From the NCBI GenBank assembly GCA_951406725.2, contig OX597821.1, forward strand, positions 54,436,001 through 54,500,000: a DNA stretch of 64,000 nt, in the 5' to 3' direction. The position numbers and the translations under genes were made by a program. A model generated the notes under the pieces. That model was not told the origin of the DNA and did not search any database. It worked only from the letters and a program-made list of their open reading frames with translations. The DNA is from Octopus vulgaris (taxonomy: Eukaryota). Below, piece after piece: positions 22,507 to 35,160 of this stretch; position 1 is the stretch's first letter; each line of letters starts with the position of its first letter.

Positions 22507-24024
22507 GGCTATTTGAAAACGTTATGAAAAAATATACCGTTAAAAATGAAGGGAAATTACTCTGTTATAACTCTGCTTTGCCTGCGTACTTATACATCGC
22601 TCGCATTTTTCGTCATAAAAATTATATAAAAATACATAAAAATATATAAAAATATATAAAAATATATAAAATCTTCTTGGGACATAACACAGAAAGCATG
22701 TTCATGTACCAATAATAAATCTCTGAGCGAGATGTAAACAGTAGCAGCACGGAATCGGGAAGTATATTTGCCACCTAAATGTGGCAGACCCATAGGGGGG
22801 AGGAGTGCTACTGTTATTTATAGCCCCAGGGGGACATCTCCTCCAGCTGGCTAATGACACGCTGTCTCCAATTAGTATTTGCGAAGGGAATTTATGATTC
22901 CGTGCTGCTACTGTTTACATTTCGCTCAGAGATTTATTATTACTTGTTATTACTAGGTTCATGCCATCCCCCTATAGTATTCAAAAATTTAGTTAAAAAT
23001 ATTAGTAAGAGGATTTCTAGCCTCTCATCTAATGAGGACATCTTCAATAGCGTTGCCCCAGTTTATAATAAAGCTTTAAAAGATAGTGGTTTTAGCGAAA
23101 AAATAAAATATACACCTATCACCAGCCCAACAATAAGGAAAAGGAATAATAGAAATAGGAAGGTCATCTGGTTTACGCCCCCTTACTCACCCGAGGTGGC
23201 CTTCAATATAGGTAAATATTTCCTAGCACTGATAGATAGACATTTTCCAGTTAACCATGCTTATAGGAAACTCTTCAATAGACACAATTTAAAAATTAGT
23301 TTTAGTTCAACTACCAATTTTAAAAACATAATCAATCATAACATACAAAAAACACAAGAAGAAAACAGCTGTTCATGCAGGAATAAAGAATTGTGCCCGC
23401 TAAATGGAGCTTGCATGTCCAAGACCATCATATATGAAGCTACCGTAAACTCTATAACCACTAAAGACACCGTTTCGACGAAAAAATACGTGGGCCTGAC
23501 AGAGGGTAACTTCAAGGCCAGGTTCAATAACCACACTTTGAGCTTTAGGCACTGGAACAAAAGAAAAGCGACACAATTATCCAATCATATTTGGTCTTTA
23601 AGAGATAAAGGTGTCGATTATAACATACAATGGAAGATTTTGGCCAGATGTAAGCCCTATACTAACGGCAGCGGAAGGTGCGGTTTATGCGACATGGAGA
23701 GATGGCTTATCTGGAAAAGCAGCTTAGACCCTACCACATGTCTAAATACAAGGACAGAACTTTTCGGATCATGCCCACATGTGACTAAATTTCTGTTACG
23801 TTTTTGGTCCCCTAAAGAAAACGGATAGAACATGCTTTCTGTGTTATGTCCCAAGAAGATTTTATATATTTTTATATATTTTTATATATTTTTATGTATT
23901 TTTATATAATTTTTATGACGAAAAATGCGTGCGATGTATAAGTACGCAGGCAAAGCAGAGTTATAACAGAGTAATTTCCCTTCATTTTTAACGGTATATT
24001 TTTTCATAACGTTTTCAAATAGCC

Positions 24025-24078
24025 AGATAACCGATGAGATGGTGTTGTGGATTTCCACTTCGGCATCTGAAACTCAGA

Positions 24079-24085
<7 letters not shown>
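24025..24085 (+). ncRNA. Variant hammerhead ribozyme at the 3' terminus of PLE copy 2
   Basis: Same sequence as 22444-22506, but it runs into (TA)n right after the GUU triplet (24079-24081). Confidence 0.65.
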
Positions 24086-24121
<36 letters not shown>

Positions 24122-24169
24122 GTATGTATGTATGTACACACAAATATATATATATGCATATATATGTAT

Positions 24170-24310
24170 GTAGCTGTGTGATAAGAAGCTTGCTTCCCAA
24201 CCACATGAATATGGGTTCAGTCCCACAGCATGGCACCTGGGGCAAGTGTCTTCTACTATCACCTCAGGTCAATCAAAGCCTTGCAAGTGGATTTGTCAGC
24301 TTGAAATGAA
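24170..24310 (+). mobile_element. SINE family B head
   Basis: aagaagcttgcttcccaaccacatg...gggttcagtccc...ggcaagtgtcttctactatc. Confidence 0.7.
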
Positions 24311-24340
24311 AGTTCATCGTATATATAAATGTGTGTGTGC

Positions 24341-24414
<74 letters not shown>

Positions 24415-24445
24415 GTGTGTATATATATGTGTATATATGTATATA

Positions 24446-24489
<44 letters not shown>

Positions 24490-25239
24490 TCAACATTTAA
24501 AACCCATCTTCCATGCTGGCATGGGTTTGACAGTTTAACAGGGGATAATTAATCAACCTCTACAGTCTACTTTGGCATAGTTATTTACAGTTAGATGCCC
24601 TTCCTAACACCAGTCTCATTACAGAGTGCATCGGGTGGTTTTTATGTGGCATCAACACCCTTGAAAATTGCAAAACAAAGATATCTACCCTCGACAGAGA
24701 TGTGGTTGGGTATTGTGGGAGGTCGCTTTGTCCAGCTGATGAGAAGTTAGAGTATGACAGAGGAAAAGAAACAGTTTTTTGCTGTAGATGATATATGGGG
24801 TTACCCAAGTAGTAAGGAGAGAGAGAAAGTGGGAGGAAGAGTAGGAGAGATTGAGAGTAAGAACCAAGAGAGGATGAGAGAGAGATGGTGGCTGGACATA
24901 ACCTCAATGTACAAGATTGTGGCAATAATTGGAATGGTAGAGGACTGCCCAGGGTGCATGAGCAGAGAGTTCATGAAAGGCAAAAGGGAAAAGGGGAGAA
25001 AAAGGGGAAATGCAGTGAGAGGGAAAACACAAGTATATGGGATTGCATGCACACAAGATAGCAATGTTACAGTTGGCAGGGTGAGGACAGGAAAGAGATG
25101 ACAGAGTGGTCTTGGGCTGCAGAAGTGGAGAGGGCGAGATAAGCATAGTGTATGAATAAGAGGTGTAGTTTAGTTCATTGGGGTAGGTTGTGTAAATAGA
25201 TATTATATGTGGGTGGAATACCCAGTATTTCCAGAACTC

Positions 25240-26080
25240 AGTTTTACTGAGATGGGCAGGTTCTCTCAAGAACCTCACATTGCCAAACATCTCAGTCCAT
25301 TGTCATCCCTTTTGTGAAGCCCAGCATCTTAAGATCAGCCCTCACTACCTCATCTCGTGTCTTCCTGGGTGTCATCTTCCACACGTGCCATCCACTTTAA
25401 GCAATTGGCACTTCTTTATTCAACTGCCTTCATTCATACACATCACATGTCTAAACCAATGTAGTCTTCTCTCTTGCTTGCTGCATCTGATTCCTCTTAT
25501 GCCCAACTTTTCTCTCAGGACACATTTACACTTTGTCATGCATGAACATTGATGTTGCACATCTGTCGGAGCATATAATCTTCATTCCTCTCCAGTCTAT
25601 GCATCTTATCTTCATTCAGGGCCCATGTCTAACTACAATGGAGCATCACCATTTGAACACAAGCATCATGCAATCTGCCTTTTTCCTCTGGAGAGAGGCC
25701 TTTTGCTACTAAAAGAGATAATAACTCTCTGAACATCCTCCATCCTACTCTTATTCTAACAACAATCCTTTCAGAACAACCTCCACCACTGTTAGTATGG
25801 TCACCTGGGTAACAGAACCTATTTGCAGCCTCAAAGGAACATTCTGGGGATTTGAGAGAGTCTGATTCCCATGTGTTCTTCCTGCTTATTATTCTTGCAC
25901 ATTTGCCACATACAAAGATGACCTTCTCTGTTAACCCACCTGTGATTCCACTACACCTATTATGTGTCCATAGCTTGCACTGGGTGCAACAAATGAAATT
26001 CCTTCCAACACCTTTCCTATATGATGGGTAGGGCTATTTACCTATTACAAAGAGAGACTTATCCACTTCCTTGCTAACAA
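25240..26080 (-). mobile_element. Decayed RTE LINE 3' part, same family as 13045-14345
   Basis: Minus strand: RKGVGRNFICCTQCKLWTHNRCSGITGGLTEKVIFVCGKC, FCYPGD, RIRVG*RMFREL. Confidence 0.8.
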
Positions 26081-26576
26081 CAATGTATTAATTTAATACT
26101 GCTTCAACTGGTCTATTCTGGATTTTCTTCAGTTGAGCAGCTATTCACAACGTCAGTGAATGATTAATTCACTGTTTCCTATTCTTGAGGTGATGATTTC
26201 TCATGCAAGCATGTGGTTTGTTGCAAGTACAAGTCATTGAAAAGGACTGAAAGAGTCAAAGTGCATCTGGTGTTCTCACTGGCTGCTGCTGGAGTGCTTT
26301 TTTGTATCACTATAATATTTATTGCTTTTAACACAGCATGTCCATAAGAAATGTAATCTTAAGAATACCATAGTAACCAGCCTATCAATTGTGTATATAC
26401 ATTAAGTATGATACATTAGTGGCTATTTTATGTATATAGATTTACATACATAATCATGTGTATAAGTGAATATACATACATACATATATTTATATAAATA
26501 TATTATACATACACACATGTACACTGATTTTATACGTATATGCATATATATATACATACATATACATATAATACAT

Positions 26577-26633
<57 letters not shown>

Positions 26634-28479
26634 AAAACATACACTTTTGTGTTCACATGTTTTCTATGCATCTATATATGTTATGATTGTGTGTATGGAT
26701 GAGTGTGTGTATATATTTTATGTTAGTGAATGTGCACAAGACTGGTTATTTTAATTGACTTAGAAATCTGTCTGTTGAGATTTCCTTTGTTAACACTGAA
26801 TGTTGTAATTTAAATAATTATTGATCCGTTACTGATTTTTTGCTTTCTTTTTATATACCATTTATTTTACAGCGTAATATGGTTTTCTTTCCAAATATTT
26901 TTCTCATTGTTGTACATATTATTCATGAACACAGATCTCTCTGCACCATCCTCAGTCTCCACTGTTAACATCTGTAAAATATCAATTCTATACAGTTTTG
27001 AACTTCTCTGCTGAAAATTGAATTAGGAAAATTGCATTGGGTATATTCAATAATGCCGTTTGTACATCAGATGTTCCTGCCTTTCATGTGTTTTTAGATT
27101 ATTGTAGAAATCTTGAATTAGTTTAGCATTTATACTTCATTCTTCGAATGTTTTTTTATCAGTAAGTAAAACTGAATTACACATGTGTGTGTGTATGTAT
27201 GTATATGTATATATGTTTGTATATACATGCATACATATATATACACACATATATAAACAAATGTATATGTGCATACACATGTGTGTGTGAGTATGCATTC
27301 ATATTCATAGACATCTCGCCTGCATTATGAAAGCTTTGCACTTCATACAGTCTTGCCATAATGTGCAGTTCTAAAACTGATTTTCTCATTGAGTTTCATA
27401 TTCCATACTATCATGGGTTGGATGGTCTAACAGGATTCATCGGGTCTATGACTTCATCATGTACTAAATATCTGCTTTTGTCATGGTTTTGATGGATGGA
27501 TGTCTTTCCTAATGCCAACAGCTATACAGCAAGTACTGGGTGCTTTTTTCATGGAACCAGCACAAGTGAGGCTGCCATGCAGCCTGCAAAACTAAAATCC
27601 CTTTTAAATGAATGGCACTACTGTAGAGAGACCAGCAGCCTTATGCTAGAAGATGAGGATTTTAAAGTGAGAGAGGAGGGGCCAAAATAGGTTTGTTACA
27701 TAGTTATTCACATTATAAAGGAGAGGGTGGGCATGGCAACGATGGCTCTGAAAGATGATGAAAAGTAGACTCTCAAGACACAAGGTGAGTAGAAGTGAAT
27801 GGAGAAAAGAAAATAGAAAGTGTAGGTGGATTGAGTGGGAGATGGTTGGGGACAGGGAATGAATGAAAGGGTGATTATTATGATGTGTTTGAGGGGGGAT
27901 AAGTAGGGAAGGTAGGAGAGTCAGTTGATTTGATGAGAATTGTAGGATTGTGGGGAGTAAGAGGTAAGTTTGAGAGTTGGGAGAGAGGAAGTGACTGACA
28001 GTACAGAAAACAGTGTGTGGTGGTGCTGAGAGAGCAGCAGCAGGATAGTGATAATAAAAATGACATAGTGGACAAGGAAATAAAGAGTATGGATGGGCAG
28101 AAGGAGGAGAGGAAGGTGACATGTGCTAGATAGGTTGTAAGAGTGTGGGAAGACGGAGTGAATGGAGAAAGGAGAAACATATAGTGGTGAAGGAGAGGCA
28201 GTTTGGCTGTTCAGGAGAATGATCAACGTAAAATGTAGTTAGAGAATAGAGTATTATGAATGAAAAATAAATAACAGTGAAACGGTTTCATGTAAGAGGA
28301 ACAAATGATATCAAGGTATGCAATTCTGTTCACACTTAATTTCAGTAGCAGAAAGGTGCAGTTAGAGAAATATAGGCATATCTTGAGAAGAAAATTTGGG
28401 TGGGTATTGTTATGCATACACATATTGTGCTTCCAGAATCTCACTTTCTCTGATTAGAATTTCCTCTTTAATTCTCTTA

Positions 28480-28955
28480 TAGATTCATGTATGGAAACTA
28501 GATCATCAGCATATAGGTGTTCCCTTGAACAGACCGTTTTGCACTCCTCTGTGATGGCTTATATGACTATGTTAAATAGAAGAGAACTGAGGACTGAAGC
28601 TTGATAAACACCCTTCCTCATTACCAAACTTGCCACTGAAATCGCTTTTGATGCTAACTATACTTACTGTATATTTGTACATGGCTTGTATAGCTTTCAC
28701 AAGACATTCTTCTACTCCAAGTCTCCTTAGTGACCACTAAATTACTGAATGTGTTACCCTGTCAAATGCCTTCTTTAAAGCAATGATTTCTAGGAATAGT
28801 GGTTGTCCTAAGCTAAGTAGTTCTCATGTAATTACTTCAAAAGGAAGAATGAATCCATAGTACTTCTGGATATGAACCCAAACTGCATATCATCTAGGGC
28901 TTCTCTGTCATGAATCATGGATCAATTGTGTTGTGACTCCCTCCATGACCTTCAA
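28480..28955 (-). mobile_element. Decayed RTE RT fragment
   Basis: Minus strand: DDMQFGF, KAFDRV, SLRRLGVEECLVKAIQAMY, GVYQASVLSSLLF, HLYADDL. Confidence 0.75.
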
Positions 28956-28961
28956 AACATA

Positions 28962-29836
28962 CATGAGGAGGTAATCCAAAGTAACCAGAAAAGTTCTCTG
29001 TGGGACAAGCCTGTTGTAGGTCAGGCTTCTACTGCCAAAAGCCACTTGATGCAACCCTTAGGCATCAATCTACTGACTGGCTGCATCCAGTAGAGTCGCA
29101 CTGTCACATGGTGTGTCTTTGTTTTACAATGCTTCTTCCCTGTTCATCAATTTTTTGATGGCTGAAACAAAGGAACAGTGTGCATCCATGAAATTCTGTT
29201 TTCTGCTGGGGAAAATGGCAGGTAAAACAGTTGTCATGCTTCAAACAGCTTACAAGGACGCTGCCATGAGTAAATACCAGTTTACAAGTGGTTTTTATGC
29301 TTTAAAAAGGTCATTTGTTGTTTGTCGACTAACCTCATTCAGGTTGACTGTTGACCTCTTGAACAAATGAAAACATCACACAAACTCATGAACTGATCTT
29401 GGAGGACCATCATTGAACTATTGATAAATTTGTTAATGTGACTGATGTGTCCTGAAACTCCTGCCACCAAATTTTGAGTGAGGAATAGCAAATGAAAAAT
29501 TTGTGCTTTGCTTGCTCATGGAAGATCAAAAGGAGTCACAACTGAATGTGTGTTGTGAACTGAAAGGGAAGCTGGAAGGTGATCCGAACCTTGTTTCAAA
29601 GGTCATTACTGGTAATGAAAGCTGGTGCTGCAGAATTTGCAAATGTGAAAGAGGTGAAGAAAAAGACAGTGGATGCATTAAAAGGCATCACTCCACAAGA
29701 GTTCCAAGACTGCTTCAAACAGTGTCTGGACCGATGCATTGCTTCAAATGGAGAATTCTTTGAAGGGGATAAAAGTGTAAACATGTAAAACTAAGTGAAT
29801 AAAATAATATTGCAAAATACCAGTCACCTCCTCGTA
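28962..29836 (+). mobile_element. Internally deleted mariner transposon
   Basis: EQCASMKFCFLLGKMAGKTVVMLQTAYKDAAMSK, VITGNESW, ALKGITPQEFQDCFKQ..RCIASNGEFFEGD. Ends catgaggaggt / acctcctcgta. Confidence 0.85.
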
Positions 29837-29859
29837 TATATATATATAATCCATATTTA

Positions 29860-30200
29860 AAATAAGAGAAGAAAATGGAGATTTTAGTGGTTTAGATATA
29901 ATTAATGAATTGATAATCATTTCTTCCTACAACTATTTCCATTTATACACATTTAATAGATTTCAAATTTATGCATTAAATTTGCCTTTATAAGTTATGA
30001 GCAAAATATTGAACAGATAGGTCAGCATGTAATTTTTAATATCTAACTTTTCCCTGATGATATTTTGTTCATAACTTAATGCATAAATTTGTAATTTATT
30101 AAATGACTATAAATGGAAACAGCTGTAGGAAGAAATGATCATCAATTCATTGATAAATAGTTATTGAACACGAATTCTCCATTTTCTTCTCTTAATTTAA
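29860..30200 (+). mobile_element. Fold-back PLE-end-like element carrying a hammerhead
   Basis: Arms aagagaagaaaatggaga/tctccattttcttctctt, atttcttcctaca/tgtaggaagaaat, aaatttatgcattaa/ttaatgcataaattt; (TA)n on the left. Confidence 0.75.
30048..30133 (+). ncRNA. Type I hammerhead ribozyme with extended stem II
   Basis: ttttcc-CTGATGA-[55 nt]-GAAA-cagctg-TA-ggaaga. Core intact, GUA triplet, palindromic stem III. Confidence 0.75.
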
Positions 30201-30330
30201 TACAGATTATATAATTAATATATACCTATTGATGTAGGGAATATTCATTTCTCAAAAACATAAGGTATCGAACCAAATGTTTTCTCGGATGTAATCATCC
30301 CTTTAAGAAGTTAATATATCCTCTAATTAA

Positions 30331-30367
<37 letters not shown>

Positions 30368-30506
30368 AAGCACACTTGTATGTCCATCTATCTAGCTAGA
30401 TAGACACACAAATGTTCATGCACACACACAGTCACACACATACACAGAAGTTAATTAGAAGATACATACCTACCTACCTACTTTCCTACCTCTCTCTCTC
30501 TCTCTC

Positions 30507-30550
<44 letters not shown>

Positions 30551-30689
30551 TGCATACATATACATCTGTGAAAGCTCCTGGTCAGTAAGCAGTCACCACT
30601 GAGATTCTTAAAATAATTGATTGAATAGGATATGGACAAGTGACTCAATAGTTAATCAGGTTACAGAGGAACATGTCATATGCAGCAAC

Positions 30690-30940
30690 AGAGTCAACTC
30701 AACTGTTACAAGACTAAAGGAGTTGCCTTAAGCTTAGGGAATAATAGAAGAATTAAACTGCTGGAGCTGCTCATGAAAGCTACAGAAAATGCTTGAGAAA
30801 ATACTACAGCTCACTTCATTAAAGAAGCATGTAACTTAGATGAGACGCAGTTTGGTTTCTCATTAGGAAGAAGTACTATGGATACCATTTTCCTAGTGAA
30901 ACAACTGCAAGATAAGTACTTAGCTAATTTAAATAAGACA
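30690..30940 (+). mobile_element. Decayed RTE RT fragment
   Basis: NNRRIKLLELLMK, LDETQFGFSLGRSTMDTIFLVKQLQDKYLA. Confidence 0.7.
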
Positions 30941-31497
30941 CTGACTTTTGCTGGAAAAGTTTTTTATTTAGCAGACAGAGATATAATCATAATTTTAGCA
31001 ATGCAGAGTGTGTTTATCTTAATCAGTGATAATTACTGTACTATCTAATCCATATCCAATAATTATATCATATGCATTCATCTGATTTGGCTCCAGTAAC
31101 TAACCTTATAGGATTATTGCTCTTATGTGGATTGCATAAAGATTTCCTGGACTAAGGGAATGATGATTTTGTTTTTGTAAATGCAAATTATTCTTTATCT
31201 GAACTGGAGAGACTTAGGCAATCCTTCCCCTAATTTTTCAAGAACAATTTATTTTTAACTTTTGTAAAGAATTTTAAAATTGTAACTTCTTGAAATAATT
31301 CTTAATTTAAATTCTTATCATAATTATCCCTCTCATAAAACTCATTAAATGTTACCTTATATAAATAAAGACAAAAACTAACCAATCTAAATTTATAATA
31401 AACAGTCTCGTCAGAAATATTTAAATTAGAATTTCATACCTTTCAGCTAATGAAAGAAATGTCAGTGATAATTTGTCCTATTACAATGATGCTTTAA

Positions 31498-31716
31498 CCC
31501 TTTAGTATTTAAACCGGCCATATCCGGCCAAAATATTTAATCTGTTTTTTGTTCAAACTGACCAGATCCAGGCTCTCACACCTACCCTACAATGTTATTT
31601 TACATTAAGTAATTACACCATCAAGATCTTGAAGATATGAGATAATGCATGATTAATTCAAATCAATGGGAATCAATAAGCGTTATGTTTGATAGAATAA
31701 TCTGAACACTAAAGGG
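31498..31716. mobile_element. piggyBac-type MITE (TTAA TSD)
   Basis: ttaa|ccctttag ... ctaaaggg|ttaa. A diverged second copy in opposite orientation lies at about 60456-60662. Confidence 0.75.
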
Positions 31717-31721
31717 TTAAA

Positions 31722-31952
31722 GTAGTGATTCTCAACCATTTTGTATGTATCTCTATTGAACCCTATAGCCATTCAATGTTTAAAAAATCCTATTGCATTT
31801 TTATAACTAAATATTATTTGGAATTGTATGAAAAAATTGTTAAAATATTTTGTTTATTGTAGAAATATAATCAATATAATGCAAATAAATTTTAACAACA
31901 AAATCTGATGTGGACCCCCTGGGCCATATGGAACCCAAATGAGAATCACTGC
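31722..31952. mobile_element. hAT-like MITE
   Basis: TIRs gtagtgattctca / tgagaatcactgc resemble CAGTGGTTCTCAA ends. Confidence 0.55.
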
Positions 31953-33019
31953 TTTAAAGCAAAGTGAGGATGAGGAAAAAATATATATTTATAATACTAA
32001 ATTCAATATTGATTATCCTAAAAATACTAGTACAACTTCTAATGATAAAATCATGAATTCTAAAAACAAAATCAGGTTAACAATCTCAATTATTATAGTT
32101 AATCAGTTTAATTATAATTCTCCAATTAAGTGTTTGATAAAACATTTTCTAATAATCTCAATAATATTAGTCCTTTGCTCTAATTAAATGTTCTAAATAT
32201 TAAACTGCCTATTTATAAAAATATACACTTCATCAATTAGTGCCTCAAATGTTACTAATAATTATTCTAAATATAGAAATGAAAATAATTTTCAGCGAGC
32301 ACTCATAACATCAGCAATAACCATAATTCTAATACAAAAAGAATTTATCTGAAAATTGAAAATACTAATATTGATAGAGTAATTAGTGATAACAGCAATG
32401 ACTAGATCTTTTAATCTAATAATGTTGCTGGATTAACAACTAATATTAACTTATCTTCTAAATTAAAGGTGCTTGTTGTACTTAACCTAATGGTGCTCTA
32501 GTAAGATTAGGAAAAGTAGCAAAAGAAATATTACATGGTGTAACATTGTCTCTCCCTCAAATAAAAGCAGCAGTGCCATGAATATTTTTTTTAAATTCTC
32601 AAGGATAATTTTCCAACTGAACATAAATATTAACAAACTTTTAATAAGTCAACTGCTAACTACCTTATTCTACAACTAAAAACTTAGCATCTGTTAAGGT
32701 GAGATGTTATCACCATAAGTTAAATAATAATAATAATAATGATGACGATGACGAGGAGGAGGGGAGGGGAAGAAGAAGAAGAGGAGGAGGATGAAGAAGA
32801 GGAGGGGAGAGGGAAGAAGAAGAAGAAGAAGAGAAGGAGGAAGAGGAGGGAGATGAGGAGGAGGGGAGGAGGGGAGGAAGAAGAAGAAGAAGAAGAAGAG
32901 GATGCTATAGGTACAAGGCCTGAAATTTTGGGCGAGGGTACTTGTCAACTACATCAACCCCAAATGCTTAACCAATACTTATTTTATTGACCCCAAAACC
33001 ACAAAAGGCAAAGTCAACC

Positions 33020-33430
33020 TTGTAGAATCCGATAGGAGTTCATATTTTGTTACTACGTATGAACTCCTATCGGATTCTACAAACCATGGACAAGAAGCAT
33101 TTCTACCCATACTACACAGCACTTTCCTTGGATAACGAAACTGCAACTGTAACATCCTACATATATTTTTATCTTTATTTTTATTCTCTTATTTCCCTTT
33201 ATACTTCCTATATCCACCCTTTTCCAAAATAACTTCTTATATTGAACTCTACTATTTGCCTCTAGTTAACTCTCTCATATCTAATATTTCCCTCTATTTA
33301 ACTATCTCACATCGTCGCTGAAGAAGAGATATTCCTAATATCCCAGAAACAGCTGTAAGACTACCTTTCTCTTTATAAAATTCCTATAAATTCCACACAG
33401 CCTTGGCTTTGTTGTCTCATTTTATTTAAC
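33020..33430 (+). mobile_element. Short PLE-end-like insertion with 5' hairpin and hammerhead, truncating a SINE A copy
   Basis: Perfect 25-bp inverted repeat 33020-33044/33058-33082. HHR-like motif at 33314-33361: gtcg-CTGAAGA-a-gagatatt-cct-aatatccc-a-GAAA-cagctg-TA-agac. Confidence 0.65.
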
Positions 33431-34614
33431 ACACACACTTGCACACACACACACACACACACACATACACACACACACACACACATACACACACACACAC
33501 ACACAGCTTCATGACAAAGTATGTTACTGCTTTTCAACCATGTAGTTTTTGGTACTGTCCCACGGCATGACACAGCCACACCTTTGCAAATGTCCTCTAT
33601 GATAGGCTGACCAAAGCCTTGTAATTAGATTCACTAGACTGAAGCTGAAAGATTGTGTGTGCGTATGTGTGTGTGTGTGTGTGTGCATGTTTGTGTGTGC
33701 ATGCATGTGTGTGCACGCATGTGTGTGTATATGTTTGTATGTGGGTGCTTGTATCTCCTCTCCAAGTCCTGACATCATATATACATGCATATACATGCAT
33801 ACACATTCCTATGTATCCACACAGATATTTACATGTATATAAATATGTACAAATCAACGTACACACATGTACACATATACAGTCAAAATACTTTAATTTT
33901 TTGGAAGTACACGCACATATGAGGGAGAGTCAGAAAGTAATGTCATTTTTACTTGCAATACTTTCTGACCAACTCTCGTTTATATAGATTTATATTCTGA
34001 TATAGATGACTACACAAGCAATGAATTTATGAGAAACTTCTTATATAAATTAAAATAAAATAAAAGATAAAATGTAATACGTCAAAGTGATAGATTAAAA
34101 TGATAGATTTAAGTGGTAGATTAAAATATTACAAGATGAAATGAGAATAGATTATTTATAAAGGAAGAATACATAATATTGTGAGTAATTAGATTACATG
34201 TAGGTAGAGACAGGTATAGCATAGTCACAAAAAGATGTAAAAATATCATATATGGATAATCATGCACACATATTTATTTACTTACAGAACTCTTATATAT
34301 ATGTGTATATATACAAATGAAAAGGAATGTGGCAACATCTTATAAGCATAATTTACATTCTCATCAGTAAAGTAGATATAAGAAGATTGTTTCTTTGCCT
34401 TTATTCAAAGAAGATAACCTTTTCTTTTACCAGGCTTGCATTAGTGACAAAAATTATAGGGGATCATATTTATTACCTATAAGAATGAATAGTCCTCTAT
34501 GCCAACATGTTTATATTCAATATCATGATATGTATGAATGAATGAATGAATGCATGTGTGTGTGTGTGTGTGCATGCATGCAAGCATGTATGTGCGTGTA
34601 TGTATGTATGTATG

Positions 34615-35160
34615 TCGGGGTCACTTTCGAGTGCTACTGGTAACATGTAACCCAGTACAACCCGTTGCATGGTCAGGTCGTCGGTGACTAAACCTGCAAA
34701 CCCACCAAACTTGCTTAGTGAGAAGGGTGTTTATTGGGCACCCTGTGGGATGAAAAACAAAACCCGTCAAAGGGTGGAGGAACACTTGAGAGTCAACGGC
34801 CATCCAATAAATGTCTTAAGGCTGTATCATGCGCGGGGACATAGAAATAATCGGACTGAATACCCGATCACATCGTTAAACCATTGGGAGTGAAGGACTC
34901 CTAGCCTTTGTTAGGGCATCCTTCTGGAGAAGGTAACTCAGGTAACTGGGATAACTCTGACATAAAACCTACGGCTCAGTGGTTACCGATGATGTTGACT
35001 TGTTCTTCTTTTCGGATTATGGCTGCTGTTGCTTAGTGAGTGGGTTTGACTCAGTGCATAGCCTTTCCTCACTTTAAAAGAAATCTTCTTGCACAGGCAT
35101 TGCATGATGATAACATTGATTAAGCTTCGTGCAATGGCCATACTCGATAACGAGGGGGCA
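34615..35160 (+). mobile_element. GC-richer insertion within (ATGT)n; unclassified, possibly a non-autonomous RTE-type retroelement
   Basis: Sharp compositional boundaries and (tatg)n on both sides. 'aaaacccgtcaaagggtggaggaac' resembles RTE 5' UTR motifs from memory only. Confidence 0.4.

Larger units (their letters stand above)
22345..24085 (+). mobile_element. Penelope-like element copy 2: inverted pLTR (22345-22703), captured inverted flank (22704-22948), 5'-truncated body (22954-24085)
   Basis: Open frame to TAG at 23828 with the same GIY-YIG motifs (YVGLTEGNFKARFNNH). 22345-22703 is the reverse complement of the 3' UTR starting at the stop codon. (TA)n on both flanks. Confidence 0.93.

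Noticed and set aside
22854-23828. 324-aa ORF as a complete gene
   Set aside because: The first about 33 codons come from inverted flank DNA; the rest is a 5'-truncated PLE lacking the RT core.
23905-23965. Possible SECIS in the PLE 3' UTR (ATGA...AA...GA)
   Set aside because: Spacing and helix do not fit a SECIS, and there is no in-frame UGA in the ORF portion present.
24733-24785. CTGATGA...GAAAC pair resembling a hammerhead
   Set aside because: No stem II or III pairing; the intervening sequence is purine-rich.
32739-32990. Acidic/basic low-complexity ORF
   Set aside because: (GAA)/(GAG) microsatellite running into a SINE tail.
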